A stretch of DNA of 64,000 bases from Flavobacteriales bacterium CG_4_9_14_3_um_filter_40_17. Lineage in GTDB: Bacteria; Bacteroidota; Bacteroidia; Flavobacteriales; Flavobacteriaceae. The notes below the pieces were generated by a model. The model had not been told where the DNA came from. It did not search any database and saw only the letters and a program-made list of their open reading frames with translations. Of the stretch, positions 9,573 through 17,613 are shown piece by piece; positions within the stretch are counted from its first letter, which is position 1; every line of letters begins with the position of its first letter. Both the position numbers and the translations under genes were made by a program. The stretch lies in the NCBI GenBank assembly GCA_002790195.1, contig PFUR01000086.1:135-64134 (forward strand), given 5' to 3'.

Positions 9573-10397
9573 ATGATGAAAAAAATTTATCTAATTACGG
9601 TTTTTAAACAACTATTCTTTTTTTGCTCAATAATTAGTTTTTTCTCCGTAAGTGCCCAAGTGGGTGTTGGCACCAATTCGCCAAACACATCATCCATGCT
9701 CGATGTATCTTCAACCGACAAGGGGCTTCTAATCCCACGGATGACCACTGCTCAACGCGATGCCATTGCCAACCCTGCGACAGGGTTATTGATTTTCAAT
9801 GTTTCCACAAATCAATTTAACTATTACAACGGGTCATGGAATGCTTTGAGCGATAGTGGTACTTATGTAGATACAACGAGCAACCAAACCGTGGGTGGCA
9901 TGAAAACATTTACCGGAGACTTTACCCCACAAGGTCGTTTGATGATTCCGATGGGGGAATTGAGTTACTACAACTACAGCCCCGGATACACCCTAAGCTT
10001 TAGCTCATCTTCAACCGGTGCAAGCGGAACTGATAATATGATAAAGATAAATCCTCCATCAGGTGTTTCTTTTATCAATGACAGTTTTGGGTCGGGAACC
10101 AATACAAGATTGGTTTACACGGGAACTGCGGGAAGATTTTTCCATATCGCCTTGAGTTTTAGCTTTATTCCCGGATCAAACAGTGACACTTACGTATTTG
10201 GAGTTGCCAAAAATGGAGTGGTTCAAGATTCTTCAAAGATTTTTAACAAGGCAACCAGCACCTCAGATCATCAAAGTTCGGCTATGCACGTATTGCTGTG
10301 GCTTACACAAAATGACTACGTCGAGTTTTATGTGGGGAGGATTGCCGGACCGAGTATCACGATAAAATCTTTCAATTTTGTTGCCATCGGTATGTAA
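9573..10397 (+). CDS. Secreted hypothetical protein: same N-terminal domain, C-terminal jelly-roll resembling a C1q/TNF-like head
   Basis: 274-aa ORF with a signal peptide ending SVSAQ. The N-terminal block is AQVGVGTNSPNTSSMLDVSSTDKGLLIPRMTTAQRDAIANPATGLLIFN. The C-terminal pattern (GRFFHIALSFSF..DTYVFGVAKNGVV..SSAMHVLLWLTQNDYVEFYV..IKSFNFVAIG) resembles the C1q/TNF beta-sandwich signature. That resemblance is an inference. Confidence 0.7.
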   Translation: MMKKIYLITVFKQLFFFCSIISFFSVSAQVGVGTNSPNTSSMLDVSSTDKGLLIPRMTTAQRDAIANPATGLLIFNVSTNQFNYYNGSWNALSDSGTYVDTTSNQTVGGMKTFTGDFTPQGRLMIPMGELSYYNYSPGYTLSFSSSSTGASGTDNMIKINPPSGVSFINDSFGSGTNTRLVYTGTAGRFFHIALSFSFIPGSNSDTYVFGVAKNGVVQDSSKIFNKATSTSDHQSSAMHVLLWLTQNDYVEFYVGRIAGPSITIKSFNFVAIGM

Positions 10398-10481
10398 TCA
10401 AAATCTGTTTGTTTGTTGCTACTTATGGTATTTCAACGATAATAATTAACATATTATCGAATAAAAAAGTGTGAGTTGATA

Positions 10482-10510
10482 TTTTGTATTTCATTTGTTA
10501 AATAATTTTG
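10482..10510 (+). promoter_or_regulatory. Candidate Bacteroidota-type promoter for the EPS operon
   Basis: TAATTTTG (10503-10510) fits the TAnnTTTG -7 box and lies 31 nt before the ATG at 10542. There is an upstream TTTG at 10482-10485, but the 17-nt spacer is shorter than the usual 19-21. Confidence 0.3.
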
Positions 10511-10541
10511 GTCTTTAAGGCTTGGTTAAATATTTAACAAC

Positions 10542-11612
10542 ATGGAAACATTTGAAACAATCCTATCAAACTATCTAATACCGGCATTTATGGTGCTTTT
10601 TGTAGTTATTTCGATAATAATTATCCTGAACAGGTTTTATTATGAGGAGAGAAAGTTGATAAAAGACAATATCGATTTTGTGGTAAATGATTTTTTTGCA
10701 AGAGTTTTATTCCATACAAAAATCGATGAACTCGACGATGAGATAAAAAAATTCAAAAAAGAAATTCCTTATAGAAAAACCTGGGTAAAGCGGGTATTGA
10801 TGGAAAAAATCATTACGCTCAAGAAAAACCTGAAAGGAAAATCATCTGAATCGCTGATTGCTATTTATGAAAAATTCGGATTGTTAAAATATACCAAAAG
10901 CCTGATTAGTGATTCCAGATGGCACATTAAATGCAAAGGAATTTATCAATTGCAAATACTTGAATATGAGAAAGGTCAAGACTTAATAAAACCCTATTTG
11001 AACAGTTCAAATGAGATTTTGCGATCAAATGCTTTTATTGCTTACCTTTCCACAACTTCAAAAAGTATTGACTTTTTGGGAGATTACAAGCAATCCATCA
11101 GTTTGATTGATGAATTGAAATTTGTTGATTTGCTCAGTATGAAGAAGTTCCCACTACCCAAAAACATCGATAAATGGTTGGCATCATCAAATGTAGCGAT
11201 TGTCAGAATCGGATTGAAGTTTATTGTTTACCATAACAATACTGAATACAATAAACTCATAACCGGCTTACTCAAATCTGAAAACAGAAGCATCCGGCAT
11301 GAAGTGATAAAAGCGATTGAATCCCTTCAAATTGTCAACACAGAAGACATCCTTCTCCATCTTTTCCCCAATGAAGACAAACTGAATAAAATTGCTATTA
11401 TCAGCGCATTAAGCAAAATCGGCGAAACCAACACCTTGAAATATTTTGAGAAATATTTTAAAGAAAATCAGGATTCTATTGATACTGACATCAAGATAAA
11501 AACGGTCGAATGCATACAAAAAATAGATGCAGGTTTCTTAGAAAACTCTTTCAAAGACAATCTTGAAATCGAAAGAATCAAAAATCACCTTGCAAACAAA
11601 ACTTTGGCATGA
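10542..11612 (+). CDS. Membrane-anchored HEAT/armadillo-like repeat protein, first gene of the EPS synthase operon
   Basis: 356-aa ORF with one N-terminal TM segment (LIPAFMVLFVVISIIIIL). The rest is helical-repeat-like, with recurring ..N..IR..A..AL.. units (SNEILRSNAFIAYL, ENRSIRHEVIKAIESL, KLNKIAIISALSKIG). Its stop overlaps the next start (ATGA at 11609-11612). Confidence 0.6.
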   Translation: METFETILSNYLIPAFMVLFVVISIIIILNRFYYEERKLIKDNIDFVVNDFFARVLFHTKIDELDDEIKKFKKEIPYRKTWVKRVLMEKIITLKKNLKGKSSESLIAIYEKFGLLKYTKSLISDSRWHIKCKGIYQLQILEYEKGQDLIKPYLNSSNEILRSNAFIAYLSTTSKSIDFLGDYKQSISLIDELKFVDLLSMKKFPLPKNIDKWLASSNVAIVRIGLKFIVYHNNTEYNKLITGLLKSENRSIRHEVIKAIESLQIVNTEDILLHLFPNEDKLNKIAIISALSKIGETNTLKYFEKYFKENQDSIDTDIKIKTVECIQKIDAGFLENSFKDNLEIERIKNHLANKTLA

Positions 11613-13042
11613 ACCCATCTCTACTCGAAGAAATTATAAAAGGATTTGAATTATTTATCGGTTTTTTTGCAGGTACATATATAGTCTCTTACATATTGCT
11701 TGCTATCCTATCCTATTATGCCATCATCAAACACGTCAACGCGCGCATTCATATTCACGAAGATGTATTGATAAAGTCGGACGATTTAATCGGTGTTTCG
11801 GTAATAGCTCCAGCTTTCAATGAAGCTTCAACCATCATTTACAATGTCAAATCGCTGATGTCGCTATCTTATCCTAAGTTTGAAGTCATTATTGTCAACG
11901 ATGGCAGTTCCGACGATACTTTGGCTAAACTCATCAAAGAATTCAAATTGGTAAAAGTTGATTTTTTCTACCAAGAACACATCAAAACGCAAATGGTCAG
12001 AGGTCATTATAAATCTACCAGTCCAGTATATTCCAACTTGTTGGTAGTCGATAAAGAGAATGGCGGTAGCAAAGCTGATGCTTCGAACGCCGGTATTAAT
12101 TCATCTCAATATCCCCTGTTTTTATGTACCGATGTCGATTGCATTCTTAAAAAAGACACCATACTCAAATTGGCTAAGCCTTTTATGGAAGCAACTGACA
12201 AAAAAGTAATTGCAACCGGAGCAGGTATTCGGATTTCAAACTCATGCGAAGTAAAAGAAGGTTACCTTACCCGCATTCATTTTCCAAAGCATTGGTATCC
12301 CAGATTTCAAGAAATCGAATATATCCGAGCTTTTTTGTTTGGGCGCATGGCTTGGGGGCAAATAAATAGTTTACTGTTGGTTTCCGGGGGTTTGGGTATG
12401 TTTGACAAAAATATAGTCATCCAAATCGGTGGTTATTGGCACAAATCATTGGGAGAAGACATGGAACTCATCACCCGTATGAGAAAATACATGCATGAAA
12501 AGAAAGAGAAATTCATCATCAAATATATACCCGAATCTCTTTGCTGGACAGAAGTTCCGGGCAATGTTAAAGATTTGGCTAAACAAAGAACCCGATGGGC
12601 AAGAGGACTGATTCAAACGATGTTTTTGCACAAAGGAATGTTATTTAATCCCAAATATGGCCGGACAGCCTTCGTGATACTTCCTTACTTTCTTCTTTTT
12701 GAGTTTTTGGTTCCTATCGTCGAATTGCTTGGTCTAATCGTATTTATTTTAGGCTTGATATTCTTAGACCTCGATTACACGTTCTTTATAGAAATCACCA
12801 TTTTCGTTTATTTATTTTACCTTACGGTTACCATGATTTCGCTGCTGTTTGACGAAATACTGTATAAAAATTATGCAAACACACGGGAAATTGTATCACT
12901 TATTGGAATTTCTTTAATTGAACCCATCTTTTTCCATCCGGTTAATTCATTTTCCTATCTCAGGGGATATTGGAATTTTTTAATCAACAAAAAACAAAAA
13001 TGGGGCTCGCTCAAACGTCAAGGATACCTTATTGAAACCTAA
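11609..13042 (+). CDS. Processive family-2 glycosyltransferase (PgaC/YaiP/cellulose-synthase-like exopolysaccharide synthase)
   Basis: 477 aa with an N-terminal TM segment. GT2 motifs are present: VIAPAFNE, NDGSSDDT, CTDVDC, GEDMEL and the Q-x-x-R-W motif QRTRWARG. Several C-terminal TM helices follow (AFVILPYFLLFEFLVPIVELLGLIVFILGLIFL and others). Confidence 0.85.
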   Translation: MNPSLLEEIIKGFELFIGFFAGTYIVSYILLAILSYYAIIKHVNARIHIHEDVLIKSDDLIGVSVIAPAFNEASTIIYNVKSLMSLSYPKFEVIIVNDGSSDDTLAKLIKEFKLVKVDFFYQEHIKTQMVRGHYKSTSPVYSNLLVVDKENGGSKADASNAGINSSQYPLFLCTDVDCILKKDTILKLAKPFMEATDKKVIATGAGIRISNSCEVKEGYLTRIHFPKHWYPRFQEIEYIRAFLFGRMAWGQINSLLLVSGGLGMFDKNIVIQIGGYWHKSLGEDMELITRMRKYMHEKKEKFIIKYIPESLCWTEVPGNVKDLAKQRTRWARGLIQTMFLHKGMLFNPKYGRTAFVILPYFLLFEFLVPIVELLGLIVFILGLIFLDLDYTFFIEITIFVYLFYLTVTMISLLFDEILYKNYANTREIVSLIGISLIEPIFFHPVNSFSYLRGYWNFLINKKQKWGSLKRQGYLIET

Positions 13043-13043
13043 C

Positions 13044-14315
13044 ATGAAACTTTCTCAACTATTTATAAAAATTTCGATTTTCCTGAGCTTGCTTGCAATG
13101 ATTAGCACGCAAACTTCGCTTGGCCAATCAAAAATTGATGTTGACAGTCTATTACAAACGGTCATTCTCGACATCCGAATCAAAGAATATGACCGCGCCA
13201 TAACCAATGCCCTAAAGGGAATCGAACTTTCTCCCAACTATTTGGATTTCTATCAATTTTTGGGCAGAGCCTATCAATTAACCGATAAACCTGAACTAGC
13301 CAGAGAGAACTACAAATATGTAATCGACAAAAATCCGGCATACAAAGATGTTTTTGCTTATTGGTTTAGCCTCGAAATGGAACAAAAAAACTACGAAGAA
13401 GCCGAAAAAGTAGCCACGCTTGCTATTGAAAAATACCCCGATGAAGATACTTTCTATCTAAAAAAATTAGCGGCCATTCAACTGCAAGGAGATCAAGAAG
13501 TTGAATTCAACTACATCCAAAGCCTACCTGAAAACATACAAAATAGCTCCTCTGTTCAGCAGCAATTGTCCATACTCGAACTCAGAAGCCACAACGATCG
13601 AGTTGGCGTAAGCTATGCCGTCACCACATTTGACAGGAATGGCGTGGGACCTTGGCATTTGGGAAGCGTCCAATACATCCGTCAAAGATTTTGGGGTTCG
13701 CTCATCGGAAGAATTAGCTATGCCGACCGGAACTCATCAGGAAGTACAAACCGCGAAGGCACACAATATGAAATTGAATCATACATCAATACCGGAGAGA
13801 AAAGTTATTCCTTTTTTGATGTCGCATACAGCGATGATGCGGTTTTTCAAAAATGGAGATTAGCTTACTCTTATTTTCAAAATTTCAATAAAGGCTGGGA
13901 AGGTGAATTGGGATTTCGTTATTCAAAAAATACACGTTCGGACAATACCACCGGCGTTTTGGGTATAGGCAAATACATCGGTCCCTATTGGATTAATCTC
14001 AGACATTTTATGGTAACTGATGGCGGTCAATACTTCCCGTCTTTCACACTCACCACCCGTCTGTACACAGGCACTCGGTTTGATTACTTCTTTGCAAGTA
14101 CAGGTTTTGGGAGTTCGCCGGAAGATTTCATTATTGCCGGACAATTTAACCAAAGAGCCCGATTAGACTCCTACAGGTTTGGTGCGGGATACAACAAACT
14201 AATCAAAAATAAATTCATCCTCGGGATCGGTATCAATTATAACAACCAAGAATTTGCACCAAGCAGGCATCAAAACGAATGGACTTTTTCGACCTCTTTG
14301 CAATACAAGTTTTGA
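13044..14315 (+). CDS. TPR plus outer-membrane beta-barrel protein (PgaA/YaiO-like polysaccharide export porin)
   Basis: ATG at 13044, one nt after the GT2 stop (the track's 13032 start is a TTG). Signal peptide MKLSQLFIKISIFLSLLAMISTQTSLGQS. N-terminal TPR-like helices (YLDFYQFLGRAYQL..ARENYKYVIDKNPAY). The C-terminal half has alternating beta-strand patterns rich in Y/G/W and ends in an aromatic residue (..TFSTSLQYKF), typical of OM barrels. Confidence 0.7.
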   Translation: MKLSQLFIKISIFLSLLAMISTQTSLGQSKIDVDSLLQTVILDIRIKEYDRAITNALKGIELSPNYLDFYQFLGRAYQLTDKPELARENYKYVIDKNPAYKDVFAYWFSLEMEQKNYEEAEKVATLAIEKYPDEDTFYLKKLAAIQLQGDQEVEFNYIQSLPENIQNSSSVQQQLSILELRSHNDRVGVSYAVTTFDRNGVGPWHLGSVQYIRQRFWGSLIGRISYADRNSSGSTNREGTQYEIESYINTGEKSYSFFDVAYSDDAVFQKWRLAYSYFQNFNKGWEGELGFRYSKNTRSDNTTGVLGIGKYIGPYWINLRHFMVTDGGQYFPSFTLTTRLYTGTRFDYFFASTGFGSSPEDFIIAGQFNQRARLDSYRFGAGYNKLIKNKFILGIGINYNNQEFAPSRHQNEWTFSTSLQYKF

Positions 14316-14805
14316 TAGTATAATCAAGCCGTTAGTTGGGGATGTTAACTCTAGGTTTTTTAACATATCACAGTAAGCTAAGTTGCCGTTTTAAATGTGA
14401 TATCGCAAGCGATGAATGGCAATCCTAAATAGATTGCTGTTGCCATAATTACACTGCTTGCAAGTATGGTATTATCTTTTTTTGAAACGCGTATTATTTC
14501 TCTTTTTTACTTCGCTGTTTATTGTTATTGTTTTGAATTGAGTCACAACTTACTTTTTAATCTTCTTTGACTGTTAAGCCTGTGTATGACAACAACTCCA
14601 ATTCTGTAATTACTGAAATTTAATTGCTTTTCATTTTATATTTCAGCTAATTAGTCAGAGTCAATCAACAAGTTTCGAATCTATTGTCTTTTGTATGTTG
14701 TTGTCTCCTACATCAAAAGAATCTGTTGATAAAATATTACGGATTAGATTACAATCTGCCGCGTTTCCAATTTCATTTTTTTACTTTTGTGAAAAACAAA
14801 GCAAC

Positions 14806-16488
14806 ATGGAAGAATTTGTGGTGTCAGCTCGAAAATACAGGCCGGTCGATTTTGAAGACGTGGTTGGCCAGCAAGCGATTACCCAAACCCTGCTCAATGC
14901 CATTCAAAGCAATCACCTTGCACAAGCACTTCTTTTTACCGGCCCGAGAGGCGTTGGTAAAACAACTTGTGCCCGCATTTTGGCTAAAAAAATTAATACT
15001 ACTGAAAATTCGCTCGTTGATGAAGATTTTGCTTTCAATATATTTGAGCTGGATGCTGCTTCCAACAATTCGGTTGACGACATCCGCAACTTGACCGATC
15101 AAGTCCGGATTCCGCCACAAGCCGGAAAATACAAGGTTTACATTATCGATGAGGTGCACATGCTTTCGCAGTCTGCTTTCAATGCATTTCTGAAAACCCT
15201 TGAAGAACCACCCAAACACGCCATATTTATTTTGGCTACCACAGAAAAACACAAAATACTGCCAACCATACTTTCTCGATGTCAAATATTTGATTTCAAG
15301 CGTATTACAATTCATGATATCAAAGGACATTTGGCGCATATTGCAAAAATAGAAGGCATAGAAACAGAAGAAGAAGCCTTGCACATCATAGCTCAAAAAG
15401 CAGACGGCGCACTTCGCGACGCACTGAGTACATTTGACCGTGTGGTGACCTTCTGCGGCAAAAAACTCACGCGGAAAGCAGTAGCAGAAAATCTGAATGT
15501 GCTCGATTATGAAGTCTATTTTCAAGCGACAGACAGTATCCTTGCTGGAGACGTTCCGAAATTATTGAATCTTTACAACGATGTGTTATCCAAAGGTTTT
15601 GAAGGGATTCATTTCGTTTCCGGTTTGGCAGCTCATTTCAGAGACTTGATGGTGAGCAAAAACAAAGATACCCTCTCGTTGATTGAAACAGGTGAACAGG
15701 TTAGAGAGCAATACATCCGTCAAAGTAAACAATACACCGGAAGTTTTTTGATTTATGCATTAGATTTGGCCAACCAATGTAGCATCGATTACAAAAACAG
15801 TTCGCACCAACGACTGTTGGTCGAACTACTTCTTCTCAAATTAGCTTCTGCACATCAACAAGCTGAAGAAAAAAAAAATCCTGATAGCGAACAGATCCAC
15901 GCCAAACCAGATCCGGTAGAGCCTCAAAAAATACCTGAATGTATAGATCAAAACGAACAAGATTCAAATGTAATAGAAGAAAGCAGCAACCCGATTGAAC
16001 CAATCAAATTACCCAATATACCTGCAAAAGAGCGGATTTCAGCACTTTCTATCAAAAGTTTACAAGTTAAAAAAAAAATGGCAGCTAAAACTTTGATTGC
16101 AGAAGTTGATATTACAGAAAAACCTCAAGACACATTCACGGAAGAAACCCTTCAGGACTGTTGGAAAGAATTTGCGGACATGAAACAAAAAAATGGGGAG
16201 CACATTCTATCTTCTATTTTGAATTGTAACATGCCGAGCCTAAGTGGCCAATTGATTTGTTTCGAGTTTCCAAATGCTTCAATGAAAAATGATTTTAACA
16301 ATTGTAAATCAGAACTGCTGAATTTTTTAGCCGAAAAACTTAATAATCATTTTTTACAATTCAAATTAACTGTTAGTGAATCTAACGAACAAAAAACAGC
16401 CTACACGACAGAAGATAAATTGAAGCGATTAATTGAAAAAAACGAAAATCTAAAATTATTGATAAACACCTTAAAATTAGATATCTGA
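14806..16488 (+). CDS. dnaX: DNA polymerase III subunit gamma/tau
   Basis: Starts at MEEFVVSARKYRP. Motifs include the Walker A GPRGVGKTT, YIIDEVHMLS, SRC (LSRCQIF) and ADGALRDALS. A Pro/Glu-rich linker and a C-terminal tau region follow. The track's upstream extension (14695) is not DnaX-like. Confidence 0.95.
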   Translation: MEEFVVSARKYRPVDFEDVVGQQAITQTLLNAIQSNHLAQALLFTGPRGVGKTTCARILAKKINTTENSLVDEDFAFNIFELDAASNNSVDDIRNLTDQVRIPPQAGKYKVYIIDEVHMLSQSAFNAFLKTLEEPPKHAIFILATTEKHKILPTILSRCQIFDFKRITIHDIKGHLAHIAKIEGIETEEEALHIIAQKADGALRDALSTFDRVVTFCGKKLTRKAVAENLNVLDYEVYFQATDSILAGDVPKLLNLYNDVLSKGFEGIHFVSGLAAHFRDLMVSKNKDTLSLIETGEQVREQYIRQSKQYTGSFLIYALDLANQCSIDYKNSSHQRLLVELLLLKLASAHQQAEEKKNPDSEQIHAKPDPVEPQKIPECIDQNEQDSNVIEESSNPIEPIKLPNIPAKERISALSIKSLQVKKKMAAKTLIAEVDITEKPQDTFTEETLQDCWKEFADMKQKNGEHILSSILNCNMPSLSGQLICFEFPNASMKNDFNNCKSELLNFLAEKLNNHFLQFKLTVSESNEQKTAYTTEDKLKRLIEKNENLKLLINTLKLDI

Positions 16489-16526
16489 TAAAATTTTTAA
16501 AGTGACAATTAAATACTTGTTAAATC

Positions 16527-16558
16527 TTTGAAGAACCTATAATTTTTAGGTATATTTG
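16527..16558 (+). promoter_or_regulatory. Candidate Bacteroidota-type promoter (TTTG-N20-TATATTTG)
   Basis: TTTG at 16527-16530 and TATATTTG at 16551-16558 match the -33 TTTG / -7 TAnnTTTG consensus with a 20-nt spacer. They lie 39 nt upstream of the ATG at 16597. Confidence 0.4.
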
Positions 16559-16596
16559 CTGTTCGTATAATTGGAATTTTTTAAACCCTCTCAACA

Positions 16597-17424
16597 ATGA
16601 AAAAAGTATTTTTAATTGCAACCATTTCTGCTTTAGTATTCAGTTCATGCGTACCCAAACAAAAATATGCTGATCTTGAAGCTCGGCAAAAAGAAACACA
16701 AGACCTTCTAAATTCGGCAACCGTTAAATTGAACACTTGCTTAGAAGAAAAAGCCACTTCAACAGCCCAGGTTAAAACACTGCAAGAACAGGTTGAGTTT
16801 CTCAAACAACAAAATGAGACTATTACCAATTTGACTTCAAAAGGGGCTTCAAATCTTGAGAAAACCTTAGAAAGTTTAAAAGAAAAAGATTTGAAAATTA
16901 ACAGAATGCAAGATGCTTTGACCAAACGCGACTCGATGACTTTGGCTCTTGTCACAAGTCTCAAAGGAGCCTTGGGTGATTTGAGTGACTCCGACATCGA
17001 AATAAATGTTGAAAAAGGAGTGGTTTATGTTTCTATTTCAGACAAATTGTTGTTCACCAGCGGTAGCTACAACATCACGGCCAGAGCAAAAGCTGTTTTA
17101 GGCAAAGTTGCTAAAGTGGTTAACAACAAACCAGACATCGAATTTTTGGTAGAAGGTCACACAGACAACGTGCCAATCAAAAATGACGTGCTTCTTGACA
17201 ACTGGGATTTGAGCGTTAAAAGAGCTACGGCTGTAGTCCGTGTACTTCAAAACGACTACGGTGTAGATCCCAAGAGAATGACGGCGGCAGGAAGAAGTTA
17301 TTATATACCTGTTGCATCAAACGATACAGCAGAAGGGAAAGCACTAAACAGACGTACCCGGATTGTGGTTTTACCAAAATTGGATCAGTTTTACAACCTG
17401 ATTGAAGAAGGAATGAAAAAATAA
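16597..17424 (+). CDS. OmpA/MotB-domain lipoprotein with an N-terminal coiled coil
   Basis: Lipoprotein signal MKKVFLIATISALVFSSC. A coiled-coil-like Q/E/K/L-rich segment follows. The OmpA-like C-terminus reads VEGHTDNVPI..DNWDLSVKRATAVVRVL..GRSYYIPVASNDTAEGKALNRRTRIVV. Confidence 0.85.
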   Translation: MKKVFLIATISALVFSSCVPKQKYADLEARQKETQDLLNSATVKLNTCLEEKATSTAQVKTLQEQVEFLKQQNETITNLTSKGASNLEKTLESLKEKDLKINRMQDALTKRDSMTLALVTSLKGALGDLSDSDIEINVEKGVVYVSISDKLLFTSGSYNITARAKAVLGKVAKVVNNKPDIEFLVEGHTDNVPIKNDVLLDNWDLSVKRATAVVRVLQNDYGVDPKRMTAAGRSYYIPVASNDTAEGKALNRRTRIVVLPKLDQFYNLIEEGMKK

Positions 17425-17450
17425 TCAAATGATTATTAAGCCTATAATAG

Positions 17451-17477
17451 AAAACCTCCTGTAAAAGGGGGTTTTTT
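17451..17477 (+). terminator. Intrinsic terminator after the OmpA-family gene
   Basis: aaaacctcct / agggggtttt forms a 10-bp stem (one G-U pair) with a 5-nt loop gtaaa, running into a T-run. Confidence 0.7.
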
Positions 17478-17613
17478 AGTTAAGTTCAATTAGTAAATTC
17501 AACTTTTGAAAAAAGAGATGCAAGTTTAAAGGATAGATTGCAAAAGCTTATGATTCTTCCATTATTTAGAAAGGCCGTATCTTTGGGCTTAAAATACTTC
17601 AAATTTAATATTG

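Noticed and set aside
14316-14805. Possibility that the spacer upstream of dnaX holds an SRP RNA (ffs) or a tRNA (a gtttcgaatc T-arm-like string near 14672)
   Set aside because: I found no SRP domain-IV-like GGAA/AGCA motif context. There is no acceptor or anticodon arm around the T-arm-like string. It is kept only as an unassigned structured region (see findings).
14695-14805. 37-codon N-terminal extension of dnaX in the ORF track
   Set aside because: The extension (MLLSPTSKESVDK..) is not DnaX-like. Conserved DnaX sequence begins at MEEFVVSARKYRP (ATG at 14806), which has a TAnnTTTG-like box (14782-14789) just upstream.
14824-15525. 233-aa minus-strand ORF antisense to dnaX
   Set aside because: It is a shadow ORF inside a highly conserved gene with no motif. 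The same judgement applies to 39587..40150 (in the GMC gene) and 49163..49696 (in gltB).
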